A stretch of DNA of 64,000 bases from an uncultured Pseudomonadota bacterium (GTDB lineage: Bacteria > Pseudomonadota > Alphaproteobacteria > Rhizobiales > Beijerinckiaceae). The first letter of the stretch is position 1; each line of letters opens with the position of its first letter. This document shows, one piece after another, positions 23,989 to 34,337 of the stretch. The position numbers were made by a program, and so were the translations under genes. Location: contig CAVYTP010000006.1 in assembly GCA_963771455.1 (NCBI GenBank), positions 143,410-207,409 on the forward strand. Reading direction: 5' to 3'. Below the pieces are notes generated by a model, which did no database searches, was not told the DNA's origin, and saw only the letters and a list, made by a program, of their open reading frames with translations.

Positions 23989-24533
23989 ATGCTTCGCGCC
24001 GAAAGTGTAGTCGCTGCTGGCGGCTGGTCTGCCGAACCTGCAGATTCCGTCGTGCTGGAATTTGACGAGCGCCATCGCCGACGCGTGACGATGAGCGGCG
24101 TACGCGGCCTCGAATTCCTGCTCGATCTGCCCGAGGCGGTGACGTTGCGTTCCGGCGACGGTCTCAAACTCGACGACGGACGCATCGTGGAAGTCGTCGC
24201 GGCGCCGGAGCCGCTGATCGAAATCCGCGCCGCCGACCCGCCCGCGCTGACCCGCATCGCCTGGCACCTCGGCAACCGCCATCTCCCGACCGAACTCGGC
24301 CGACGCTCGCTGAGGGTGCGGCACGACACGGTGATCGAGGAGATGGTGAAGGGCCTGGGTGGGCTCGTGACGTCGATCGAGGCGCCATTCAACCCCGAAG
24401 GCGGGGCCTACGTGCGTGGGACGGAGCATGCGCACCACGGGCACGATCATCATGGGCACGACCACATGATCACGACCACCACCATGATCATGGCCACGTC
24501 CATGGCCCGGATTGCGAACACCACGACCACTGA
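23989..24533 (+). CDS. ureE: Urease accessory protein UreE with His-rich tail (frameshift near 24465)
   Basis: [38 protein letters not shown] repeats ending [10 protein letters not shown]. Confidence 0.92.
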
Positions 24534-24563
24534 TGGCCGGTATCCTTTGTGCGCCAGGTAAAG

Positions 24564-24707
24564 CCTTTCTCCCCTTGCGGGAGAAGGTGCGCGAAGCGCG
24601 GATGAGGGGTCGGCGCGACCAGATGCAAGGCGAAGGGCCGCCGCCATGCTGCGGCCGTCGACCCCTCATCCGGCCTTCGGCCACCTTCTCCCGCAAGGGG
24701 AGAAGGG
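24564..24707. repeat. REP/RIME-like inverted doublet between ureE and ureF
   Basis: cctttctccccttgcgggagaagg...ggatgagggg and cccctcatcc...ccttctcccgcaaggggagaaggg form a long inverted repeat. Confidence 0.85.
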
Positions 24708-24737
24708 AATTGCCTTCGGGTTTGCGTGGGCTTTCGC

Positions 24738-25433
24738 ATGTCTGACGCTGCCGCCGAACTGCAGCTTCAGCTCTGGCTCTCGCCGGCCTTTCCGGTTGGC
24801 GCGTTCGCCTATTCGCACGGGCTCGAATGGGCCGTCGAAGCCGGGGACATTGTCGGCGCCGACAGCCTGCTCGAATGGCTCGTCGACCTCTGCGACGAAG
24901 GCGCGCCACGCAATGATGCGGTGCTGTTCGCCGCCGCCTATCGCGCCGCCGCGGCGGGAGAGAACCGCCGCCTCGACGACCTCAATCAACTCGCCGTCGC
25001 GCTCGCCGGCTCGCTCGAGCGGCGGTTGGAGGCGACGCAGCAGGGCAACGCCTTCGTCGCCGCCGCCAGCGCGGCGTGGGACTCGGAATCGCTTGCCGCT
25101 CTGCGCAAACACGTCGCCGAGCCGATCGCCTACCCCGTCGCGGTCGCAGCGACGGCGGCCGGGCGCGGCATTGCGCTCGACCGCGCGTTGCCCGCTTTCG
25201 CGCTATCCATATTCGCCAATCTGGTATCGGCAGCGGTACGCCTCAGTGTGATCGGCCAGACCGACGGACAGCGCGTGCTCGCAAAACTGCTGCCTCGCGT
25301 CGCCGCGATGGCGGCAAACGAGGAGCGCGACGAGCTCGCACAGGGAGACGCGGCGCTTGGCGGCTCCGCGTTCCGCTCCGACCTTGCCGCGCTCCGACAC
25401 GAAACCCAATATTCGAGGTTGTTCCGCTCATGA
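24738..25433 (+). CDS. ureF: Urease accessory protein UreF
   Basis: [18 protein letters not shown] and [12 protein letters not shown]. Confidence 0.93.
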   Translation: MSDAAAELQLQLWLSPAFPVGAFAYSHGLEWAVEAGDIVGADSLLEWLVDLCDEGAPRNDAVLFAAAYRAAAAGENRRLDDLNQLAVALAGSLERRLEATQQGNAFVAAASAAWDSESLAALRKHVAEPIAYPVAVAATAAGRGIALDRALPAFALSIFANLVSAAVRLSVIGQTDGQRVLAKLLPRVAAMAANEERDELAQGDAALGGSAFRSDLAALRHETQYSRLFRS

Positions 25434-26047
25434 AAAACCTGAAACAGCCGTTGCGTGTAGGCGTCGGCGGCCCGGTCGGCTCGGGCAAGACTGCGCTGAT
25501 GGAACAGCTTTGCAAGCGGCTGCGCTCTCGGTTCGACATCGCCGCGATCACGAACGACATCTACACCAAGGAGGATGCCCGCATTCTCGTCGAGGCCGGC
25601 GCGCTCGAACCGGAGCGCATCATGGGCGTCGAAACCGGCGGCTGTCCGCACACGGCGATCCGCGAGGACGCTTCGATCAATCTCGCGGCGATTGATGATC
25701 TCAGGCGCAAGTTCACCAACCTCGACCTGATCCTGATCGAATCCGGCGGCGACAATCTCGCAGCGACGTTTTCGCCGGAACTCGCCGACATCACCATCTA
25801 CGTGATCGACGTCTCCGGCGGCGAGAAAATTCCCCGCAAGGGTGGCCCCGGCGTCACGCGTTCCGACATGCTGCTGATCAACAAGATCGATCTCGCGCCT
25901 TACGTCGGCGCCTCGCTTGATGTGATGGCGCGGGACGCGAAGCGGATGCGCAAGGATCGGCCGTTCACGTTCGGCAACATGAAGACCGGGCAGGGCGTCG
26001 AAGAGGTTATTGCGTTTATCGAAGGCAAGGGCGGCCTCGGGCGCTAG
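25430..26047 (+). CDS. ureG: Urease accessory GTPase UreG
   Basis: [35 protein letters not shown]. Confidence 0.96.
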   Translation: MKNLKQPLRVGVGGPVGSGKTALMEQLCKRLRSRFDIAAITNDIYTKEDARILVEAGALEPERIMGVETGGCPHTAIREDASINLAAIDDLRRKFTNLDLILIESGGDNLAATFSPELADITIYVIDVSGGEKIPRKGGPGVTRSDMLLINKIDLAPYVGASLDVMARDAKRMRKDRPFTFGNMKTGQGVEEVIAFIEGKGGLGR

Positions 26048-26064
26048 CACAGTACGGGAAACCG

Positions 26065-26102
26065 CCCTCACCCCGACCGTCTCCCGCGCGCGGAACAGGG
26101 GG
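26065..26102. repeat. Degenerate single REP-like copy
   Basis: ccctcaccccgaccgtctcccgcgcgcggaacaggggg resembles the copy at 20806-20842. Confidence 0.5.
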
Positions 26103-26171
26103 CGCGAAGCGTCCAGCGACAAGCTTGCTTATCGTTGAGATGCGGGCGGCGGCTTCAACCAAATATCAGGC

Positions 26172-26199
26172 AAAAAAAATGGGCGCCCGAAGGCGCCCA
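26172..26199 (-). terminator. Rho-independent terminator of glnK-amtB
   Basis: Minus strand: TGGGCGCC-TTCG-GGCGCCCA followed by a T8 tract. Confidence 0.85.
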
Positions 26200-26257
26200 A
26201 GGAGGGAGGAGAGCACATGAAGCCGGCGGCCCGCAGGCCGCCGGGGGTAGCATACGC

Positions 26258-27793
26258 TTACTGAACTATCTCGCCATGTAGGGCGAGATCCAGGCCGTCG
26301 CGTTCCACTTCGTCGGAGACGCGCAGACCAATCGTCATGTCGATGATCTTGAGGATGATCAGCGAGAGGATCGCATCGTAGATGATGACCGTCACGATGC
26401 CGATCAGCTGGTTCAAGACCTGACCCGGGTTGCCTTCGATCAGGCCGGCGTGACCGCCGTACTGCTGGACGGCGAACACGCCGGTCAGGAGGGCGCCGAT
26501 GATGCCGCCGACGGCGTGCACGCCGAAAGCGTCGAGGGCGTCGTCATAACCGAACGCGTGCTTGAGGCTGGTTGCGCCAATGTAGCAACCGATGCCGCAA
26601 GCGACGCCGATCACCATCGAGCCGATCGGACCGACGAAGCCCGAAGCTGGAGTGATCGCCACCAGACCCGCGACGGCGCCCGAGCAGATGCCGATGACCG
26701 TCGGCTTGCCACGATGGATCCATTCCACGAACATCCAGGTCAAAGCCGCAACAGCGGTTGCAATCTGGGTGACGGTCATGGCCATGCCGGCCTGCACGCC
26801 GGCGGAAACCGCCGAACCCGCGTTGAACCCGAACCAACCCACCCACAGCAGGCCGGTGCCGATGAAGCACAGGACCATGTTGTGGCCAGGACCCGTGTCG
26901 CGGCGCTTGCCGAGCATCAGGGCGGACATCAAGCCGGCGACGCCTGCGTTGATGTGAACGACCGTGCCGCCCGCGTAGTCGAGAACGAGCAGCTTGCCGG
27001 CAAAGTTGCCCTTGTCGTCGAGGTTCGCGGTCGAGAACATGCCGTCCGGACCCCAGACCCAATGCGCGACCGGAGCGTAAACGACGATCGCCCAGATTCC
27101 GATGAACCACAGCATCGCCGAGAACTTCATGCGCTCGGCGAACGAGCCGGCGATGAGGGCAGGCGTGATGATCGCGAAGGTCATCTGGAAGCACATGTAG
27201 ACGGTCTCAGGGATCGTCGGCGCGAGCGGATTCGGATTGCCGATGCCGCCGTTGTTGACGTCGCTGAGAATGCCTTGCAGGAACGCCCTGCTGAGACCGC
27301 CGATATACGGGCCGCCCGGCGTGAACGCGAGGCTGTAGGTGATGATCGCGTAGATGACCGTCACCAGCGCGGTGATGGCGAACGAGGTCATGACCGTATC
27401 GCCGACGTTCTTTTTGCGGACCATGCCGCCATAGAACAGGCCGAGGCCCGGGATCGTCATCATGAGCACGAGCGCGACGGAGGTCAGCATCCAGGCCGTG
27501 TCGCCGCCCGAAGGCGTGCAATTGGTCAGGACGGCCGGGACCGCGGGAACCGCGGCGTATTTGGGGGTTTCGTCGATCGCGGCGACCGCGAGCGAGCACG
27601 CGGGGGTCGACGGCGGCGCCGGCTTGGCGGTAGCGGCCGGGGCGGCGGCGGGGGCAGCAGCGGCGGGGGCGGCGGCGGCCGGAGCAGAAGCATCGGGAGT
27701 GGGCGACTGCGCGATCGCGGGCCCGCCGATCCCGATCATTGCGGCCAGCGCCAACGCTGGCGCCAGACCAGAAAGGAACCTGTACAGTTTCAT
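26258..27793 (-). CDS. amtB: Ammonium transporter AmtB
   Basis: DTAWML, FYGGMVR.KN, FQMTFAIIT, DYAGGTVVHINAG, WFGFNAGS, DDALDAFGVH. Confidence 0.97.
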   Translation of the reverse strand: MKLYRFLSGLAPALALAAMIGIGGPAIAQSPTPDASAPAAAAPAAAAPAAAPAATAKPAPPSTPACSLAVAAIDETPKYAAVPAVPAVLTNCTPSGGDTAWMLTSVALVLMMTIPGLGLFYGGMVRKKNVGDTVMTSFAITALVTVIYAIITYSLAFTPGGPYIGGLSRAFLQGILSDVNNGGIGNPNPLAPTIPETVYMCFQMTFAIITPALIAGSFAERMKFSAMLWFIGIWAIVVYAPVAHWVWGPDGMFSTANLDDKGNFAGKLLVLDYAGGTVVHINAGVAGLMSALMLGKRRDTGPGHNMVLCFIGTGLLWVGWFGFNAGSAVSAGVQAGMAMTVTQIATAVAALTWMFVEWIHRGKPTVIGICSGAVAGLVAITPASGFVGPIGSMVIGVACGIGCYIGATSLKHAFGYDDALDAFGVHAVGGIIGALLTGVFAVQQYGGHAGLIEGNPGQVLNQLIGIVTVIIYDAILSLIILKIIDMTIGLRVSDEVERDGLDLALHGEIVQ

Positions 27794-27831
27794 TTGTGAT
27801 TAGCTCCGTAGAGTAAAGGGAATGTCGAGAC

Positions 27832-28275
<444 letters not shown>

Positions 28276-28276
28276 T

Positions 28277-28293
28277 TACAAGGGCTGTGCCAG
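28277..28293 (-). promoter_or_regulatory. Sigma-54 (-24/-12) promoter of glnK-amtB
   Basis: Minus strand CTGGCAC-AGCCC-TTGTA versus consensus TGGCAC-N5-TTGC(A/T). Confidence 0.7.
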
Positions 28294-28421
28294 AGCTGAT
28301 TCCGCGCCCTCTAGACCCGAATTCATGGCGGGGAAACCCCGAATCCGCCGATTGGGCGATGCGCAAGAGAGTGGTTAACGCAAAGTATCCAACAAATAGG
28401 CACGTCTCAGAATGGGCAATA

Positions 28422-28438
28422 TGCCTAAATTTTGCGCA
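28422..28438. promoter_or_regulatory. Putative NtrC-binding site
   Basis: TGCCTAAATTTTGCGCA (TGC-N11-GCA with AT-rich core), about 130 bp upstream of the sigma-54 site; overlaps the tesB stop codon. Confidence 0.55.
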
Positions 28439-29296
28439 TCGGGCGGATCAAACCCTCCTGAGCGACGCTGGCGACCAGTCGATTGTGGCGATCGTAAAGC
28501 ATTCCTCGGCTAAGACCGCGGCCGCCCTGTGCGCTTGGGCTGTCCTGCACATAAAGTAGCCAGTCATCGACCTTGGCGGCGCGGTGAAACCAGACGGAGT
28601 GGTCGAGGCTCGCGAGTTGGAATGGCCGCTGGCGATGGTCTGCCCATGGCGCGCGAGCGCGGCGTCGAGCAGGGTGAGGTCCGAGATGTAGGCCAGCGCC
28701 AGCTGCGTGCAGACCGGCGTCGGCTGGCAGTTCGGAGCCGATCCGTAGCCACTGCATCTGTCGGGCAGGGCGTTGCTCGCCAGGCTTGAGCGGCCGATAG
28801 CGGCTCATGTCGAGCGGCATCATATCGATCGGGTCGATGCGGTGAATGAAGTCCTCGTAGCGCGCGAGTGCGGCTTCGCCGGCCGAGCGCGACGAAAGCG
28901 CGCGGGTCCGGCGTCGCTTCCGGTTCGGGCCGCTCGGGCGGCCGGGCTTCGATGGTCGAGGCCTGGCTCGGGCGCATGGAACGAGCAGGACATGATGAAG
29001 ATTTCTTCGCGGTGCTGGCTCGCCACAACCCGCCGGGTCGTGAAGCTGCGACCGTCGCGGACATGCTCGACGTCGAACTGGATCGGCGCCTTCGGATCGC
29101 CGCCGAGGATGAAATAGCCGTGCAGCGAATGCACGGGGCGCTCTACGGTCACGGTGCGAAGCGCCGCAACAAGGGCCTGCGCCACGACCTGGCCGCCGAA
29201 CACCCGCATCCAACCGTTGTCGGGCGAATGGCCGATCCAGCGGTCCGAGCCTGCCGGCTCGAGGTCCATCAGCTTAGCGAAATCCACCTTCTGCAT
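28425..29296 (-). CDS. tesB: Acyl-CoA thioesterase II (frameshifted)
   Basis: RVFGGQVVAQAL, HSLHGYFILGGD, RDGRSFTTRRV, ASLDHSVWFH, ASVAQEGLIR. Confidence 0.92.
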
Positions 29297-29545
29297 CGTC
29301 TCGCCCGGCCCCTCGAGTGACCCACCTTGTTTCCGACCGCGCCTGCGCCGTCAACTCGTGGGCCTAAGCACGATTGTAGCCGCGGTCGCCGACCGCGGTC
29401 TTCCGGGATCAGCGACCCCGGCCACAAGCTGCGGCGCCCCAGCGACCCCCTGGCCCGGCCCTTGCAATTCCTTTGCGGCCGGTAGGGCTTGAGAGTATAG
29501 GACGCCGCTCTCGGTCGCTCCTGCGGCTTCCATTTCGGATTTTTC

Positions 29546-31472
29546 ATGTCGCAAGACATTTCGCACGCGACTTCGACGCCTGCGGCCAGTGCTTCCGAGC
29601 AGACTCAATCGCATGGCGGGGGTAATTTCTGGATCTTGTCGCTGGGGTCGGTCGGCGTCGTGTTCGGCGACATCGGCACCAGCCCGCTCTACGCGTTGCA
29701 GACGGCGCTCGGACAATTCAAAAACGGCGGCCTCGGCCCGACGGAGGTCATCGGCGTCGTTTCCCTGATCATCTGGGCGCTGCTGATCGTCGTGACGGCG
29801 AAATACGTGCTGTTCCTGATGATGGCGGACAACAAGGGCGAAGGCGGCATACTTTCGCTCAACGCGCTGGCGCAGATCGCGCTCGGCAAGCGCACCTTCA
29901 TCGCCTTCCTGCTCGGCATGGTCGGCGCCTCGCTGTTCTCGGGCGACGCGATGATCACGCCGGCGATTTCGGTGCTTTCCGCGCTCGAGGGGCTGAAACA
30001 AGTCAACCCAGGCCTCGCGACCTATGTGCTGCCGGCGACGATCGTGATCCTCCTCGTACTTTTCTTTGCCCAGCGGCGCGGCACGGCGGGGGTCGCAGCG
30101 TTCTTCGGTCCGATCATGCTGGTGTTTTTCATCATCATCGCCGGGCTCGGGCGTCGCGCGGATTCCCTATGCGCCAGGCATTCTTGCGCGCACTGAGCCC
30201 GATTCCCGGCGTGACGTTCCTTATCCATCACGGCGGGATGGGTTTCGTCGTGCTGGGCAGCGTTTTTCTGGCCGTAACCGGCGCCGAGGCGCTCTATGCC
30301 GACATGGGGCATTTCGGCCGCAAGCCGATCCAGGCCGCTTGGCTGTTCCTCGTGTTGCCGGGCCTGATCCTCAACTACCTCGGCCAGGGCGCGCTGATTC
30401 TCACCGATCCCTCCGCGGTCGAGAATCCGTTCTATCAGCTCGCGCCCGCCTGGGGCCTGCTGCCGCTGGTGATCCTGTCGACCGCTGCGACCGTAATCGC
30501 GAGCCAGGCCGTCATCACCGGAGCGTTCTCGCTCGTCAGTCAGGCGATCCAGCTCGGCCTGCTGCCCCGCCTCGAGATCGTCCATACCTCCGCGACGCAG
30601 GAAGGGCAGATCTTCATTCCGCGCGTCAATCGCATCCTGCTGGTCGGCGTGCTGGCGCTGGTGCTGCTGTTCCGCTCTTCCGATGCGCTCGCCAACGCCT
30701 ACGGCATCGCCGTCGCCGGCACGATGGTGGCGACCACGGCGCTCGCCTTCTTCGTCGTCTGGAAGCTTTGGCGCTGGCCGCTGTGGGCGCGCGCTCGACG
30801 CTGATCTGCGGATTCCTGGCGATCGACGTCAGCTTCTTCATCGCCAATCTCTACAAGGTGTTCGACGGCGGCTACGTGCCGTTGCTGCTCGGGTCCACGA
30901 CCTTCGTCATCATGTGGACCTGGTCGCGCGGCAGCAAGATCCTCACCTACAAGACGCATCGCGATTCGATCCCGCTCGGCGATCTCATCAAGATGCTCGA
31001 ACGCTCGAAGCCGGTTCGCGTGCCCGGCACCGCGGTGTTTCTGACCAACGACATCAGCGCCGCGCCGAGCGCATTCATGCACAATCTCAAGCACAACAAG
31101 GTCGTGCATGAGCGCGTGGTGATCATGAGCGTGCGCACTGAAACGGCGCCGCGCGTGCCGGAAGAGCAGCGCTTCGAGATCCAGAAGATTTCCGAGGATT
31201 TTTCACGGTTGATTCTGCACTTCGGCTACATGGAGCGGCCGCGCATTCCGCATGCGCTCGCCCAGCTTCGCAAAGCGGGGCACAAATTCGACATCATGAC
31301 GACGTCGTTCTTCCTTGGCCGTCGCACGCTCAAGCCCGCCGCCAATTCGGGCATGCCGCAATGGCAGGACAGGCTGTTCATCGCGCTGGCCAAACAGGCC
31401 GCGAGCGCGCCAGACTTCTTCGCCATTCCCTCCGACCGCGTGGTGGAACTCGGCGCGCAAATGAAAGTGTGA
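29546..31472 (+). CDS. kup: Potassium transporter Kup (frameshifts near 30155 and 30790)
   Basis: [50 protein letters not shown]. Confidence 0.95.
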
Positions 31473-31513
31473 GCGAACCAGCGACGCAATCCACGCTTCG
31501 TCTGCTGTAAGGC

Positions 31514-32206
31514 ATGAGTGACAAAGCTTGGTCGCGCGATCAGGCTGAATTGGAGCGACGCGCAGTCGGAGGGTGGGATTTCATGAGCGTCATCCTGCGC
31601 TGGAGGCGGAATGAGGTCTGCAGGCTAGGCTTGGCTTTGACATCGATGACGTTTGCGGCCGTAGCGTCTTCAACTGGGGCTCTCGCGCAAACGACGATTG
31701 ATCGTGGCGCGAAGAAAGATCTTCTGATCTTCGGCGCCATCGGAACGCTCCTCGCTCTAGCTTGGGGCGTAGCTTTCACGGGCATCGGCTTGCGCCGAAT
31801 TCGTCAAGGTGAAGCGTCGCAGAAATGGCCAACTACGCCGGGCCAAATAATTTCGGCCGAAGTTGTTCACAAGGAAGGCGATAACGACGGGAAGTACACC
31901 TATTTTGCCCCTGAGGTTCGCTACACCTATGTCGTCGACGATGTCGCCTACGCCGGCGAGGTCATCAAATTCGGTCTGGATCAGCAACATTATTTCAGCG
32001 AGGACCCGGCAAAGGAGTGGGTTGCGCGTTTCCCAGCCGGATCCAGGCCGCCCGTCCGATATGATCCCGCGAACCCGCGCACGGCAACCTTGGAGATCGG
32101 TCAGACCAGCGGTGGAAGGTTTGTAATCGCCGGATCGTTCGGATTGATCCTTGCCTTGCTTGGCGTCTGGTATTTCATCTCGACAGCTCTGACGCCTGAA
32201 GGGTAG
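31514..32206 (+). CDS. DUF3592-domain membrane protein
   Basis: TM helix, WPTT.G.I..., Y.P.V.Y.Y.V, V.YDP.NP..A.L, C-terminal TM helix. Start uncertain (31514, 31583 or 31645). Confidence 0.78.
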   Translation: MSDKAWSRDQAELERRAVGGWDFMSVILRWRRNEVCRLGLALTSMTFAAVASSTGALAQTTIDRGAKKDLLIFGAIGTLLALAWGVAFTGIGLRRIRQGEASQKWPTTPGQIISAEVVHKEGDNDGKYTYFAPEVRYTYVVDDVAYAGEVIKFGLDQQHYFSEDPAKEWVARFPAGSRPPVRYDPANPRTATLEIGQTSGGRFVIAGSFGLILALLGVWYFISTALTPEG

Positions 32207-32356
32207 CTGAATTGCGCCGCTGCCGCCCAACCCGATGGAGAGCGCGGTGTGACCGGCCGGTTTGAGAACAGGCGGCAACCCGAGCCGCTTATGAAGCCCG
32301 GGCGCGCTTATTGTTGCAGGAAGCGTTTCACTCAGTCGAACACGAAATGAATGCGG

Positions 32357-33469
32357 CTATGGCAGTGTGACAGAGCCGTTGACCACGATGCGAGACGTAG
32401 CGCTGTTGTTGTCTAGCTGCGACCAACCGAGCTTGGGGTCGCCGCCTTGAAACATCCAGACGCTCCGATCGCTGCGGCGGTGCTGGTAGGCTGCAGCGCC
32501 GGCCGTGATGGCGTCGGCTAGGTTAGGGTCGGTTGCATCGACGGAATTTATCTGCCGCCAGTCGGCGAAGTTAGAGTCCACCAATCCTCCCTTGCCCAAA
32601 ATCGACCCGTTCCTTTGCAATTTGACGATCCCGTTCCTGCCTGCCTTGACAGTGACCGTGTCTGCGTTGGCCACGTCGATTTGCTCCCATCCCGGACAGG
32701 CTTCGGAAGGCGAGACCGGCGTGCAATCGGGTGCAGTGGGACTACGCCGCCAGATAGAATTGTCCGAGTTCACCTTGAACAGTTCCGAACCGACCGTCAA
32801 AGCCTTGGCGCCTCCCTTCTGGTCAATCAGCGCCCAACCCGGACAGCCTGCGTCGTCGCAGGATGTCTTGCCGTCCCATCTGTATATGTTGCCGTCATCG
32901 TGCAATTGGAACAGCCCGGCGTCACCGACGGCGATCGTGATGGTGTGCGGGTTGCGGTCGAGCGAATCCCAACCTCCGAAACATTGCGCCTCGCCGCATG
33001 GCTTTCCGTTTCGCATGAAGATCGAGCCGTCCGCGTGCATCTGGTAGACGGTGACGGTGGCAGTGTTGCGCCGACCTGCGACGATCATCTTCGTCTGGGG
33101 ATTACTGTCTATTTGGGACCAGTTCCCGCAGAAGCCCGCGTTGGGGCCGCACTGATCGGCGTCCTTGGTATCTCCCGTATAGTAGAAGACCGAACCGTCA
33201 TCGTGTCGCTGGTACAGCTCGCAATTGGCGGCGATCTCGACCGTATGAGGGTTGTTGTCGAGGAGGAACCAGCTCCCAAAACAAGCGCGATTGTCGCAGG
33301 GTTTGTCGTTCTTTACGAATATGCTGCCGTCGCTATGGAGCTGAAACAGCTTTTCGGTGATGGTCGATGGGAAGGCGTCGCAAGTCGAATTGGCGAACGC
33401 GTGCGAAGACAGTGCGCTCGTCGCGAATAGTGCGGCGACGAAAGTGAAAGACTTGAAATTGCGGAGCAT
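32357..33469 (-). CDS. Secreted 7-repeat beta-propeller protein (tectonin/lectin-like)
   Basis: Sec signal (..SHAFA-N) and GGAGGA RBS; seven repeats of LxQxHxDGSIx...C..C.GW..[LI]D.N..T..I.AG. Confidence 0.75.
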   Translation of the reverse strand: MLRNFKSFTFVAALFATSALSSHAFANSTCDAFPSTITEKLFQLHSDGSIFVKNDKPCDNRACFGSWFLLDNNPHTVEIAANCELYQRHDDGSVFYYTGDTKDADQCGPNAGFCGNWSQIDSNPQTKMIVAGRRNTATVTVYQMHADGSIFMRNGKPCGEAQCFGGWDSLDRNPHTITIAVGDAGLFQLHDDGNIYRWDGKTSCDDAGCPGWALIDQKGGAKALTVGSELFKVNSDNSIWRRSPTAPDCTPVSPSEACPGWEQIDVANADTVTVKAGRNGIVKLQRNGSILGKGGLVDSNFADWRQINSVDATDPNLADAITAGAAAYQHRRSDRSVWMFQGGDPKLGWSQLDNNSATSRIVVNGSVTLP

Positions 33470-33562
33470 GGCGTCCTCCTTTGAGGTGATGTCACGCTCG
33501 ATTTCTATTGATCGGCTTCAGCCGTGTCCTAAAGCCCAGATTAAATTCTTATGATTAAACTA

Positions 33563-33739
33563 TTAGAGCGCATTGCGATTGAGTCCGATCCGTCATTGCG
33601 AGCGCAGCGAAGCAATCCAGCGTTTCGACCGCCGTTTTTTTCGTCTTTGTTCTCAGAATGTCGCGGCAGACGAAGCGTGGCTTGCTTCGTCGCTGCGCTT
33701 CTCGCAATGACGATTCGAGTCAAACGCAGAACGCTCCAG
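33563..33739. repeat. Nested inverted-repeat (REP/MITE-like) element
   Basis: Arms ttagagcgcattgcgattgagtccgatccgtcattgcgagcgcagcgaagcaatc and cttgcttcgtcgctgcgcttctcgcaatgacgattcgagtcaaacgcagaacgctccag are imperfect reverse complements. Confidence 0.75.
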
Positions 33740-33834
33740 GAATTTGTTGGCGAGCAGCCAAACGTCGCTGATATCCCGGATGACTTTGGGCCGCGCGTGG
33801 TGCTGGTTGATGCATTGCTCTGCCTGATTGATCC

Positions 33835-33955
33835 GTCTTTGACAGCGCGAGCCGAAGCAATCCTCCGCCCCGCTGCCGCTCGACTGGCGCTTCATCCAAC
33901 GACGCGCGACAGACGAGGCATGGATTGCCTCGTCGCTGCGCTCCCCGCAATGTCG
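33835..33955. repeat. Second, degenerate GTCATTGCGAG-class REP doublet
   Basis: ..gcgagccgaagcaatcc and ggattgcctcgtcgctgcgctccccgcaatgtcg. Confidence 0.6.
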
Positions 33956-34206
33956 ATTCGAGGGGAAGCACGAAACGCCCTAACGTCCACAACCTTTCCG
34001 TGAAGCGGCAAGGAAAAGGCGTTTGCGCTCCCGGGCGCCAATGCAGATCTACCGTTCCCTGGCGCCAGCGCCGAACGCGTGAGCCTCTGCGGCGGCGCGA
34101 CGCAGCGAGTCTCCGCTCCCATTCGCGCAAAGCCGTATCGCATCGTAAGACCGACATTCGAACGTGCGTAAAGACGCCAGTTGATTCAGTCAGATTATGG
34201 GGAAAC

Positions 34207-34283
34207 TGGTCGGAGTGAGAGGAATTGAACCTCCGACCCCCTCGTCCCGAACGAGGTGCGCTACCAGGCTGCGCTACACTCCG
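34207..34283 (-). tRNA. tRNA-Pro(CGG)
   Basis: Reverse complement CGGAGTG...CCTCG-TTCGGGA-CGAGG...GGTTCAATTCC...CACTCCG-A-CCA; 77 nt. Confidence 0.96.
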
Positions 34284-34337
34284 ACGAGGCGCTTATAGGG
34301 GGGGAGTTTGGTTTGCGCAAGCGCGCAAACGCGCCCA

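Noticed and set aside
24425-24533. CACGAC/CATGAT repeats
   Set aside because: Ordinary His-rich nickel-binding tail of UreE.
29380-29470. SRP RNA or c-di-AMP riboswitch upstream of kup
   Set aside because: Conserved motifs for these RNAs were not found.
33551-34218. ORFs 33551..34003, 33720..34157 and 33925..34218
   Set aside because: They run through REP palindromes and show no recognisable domain.
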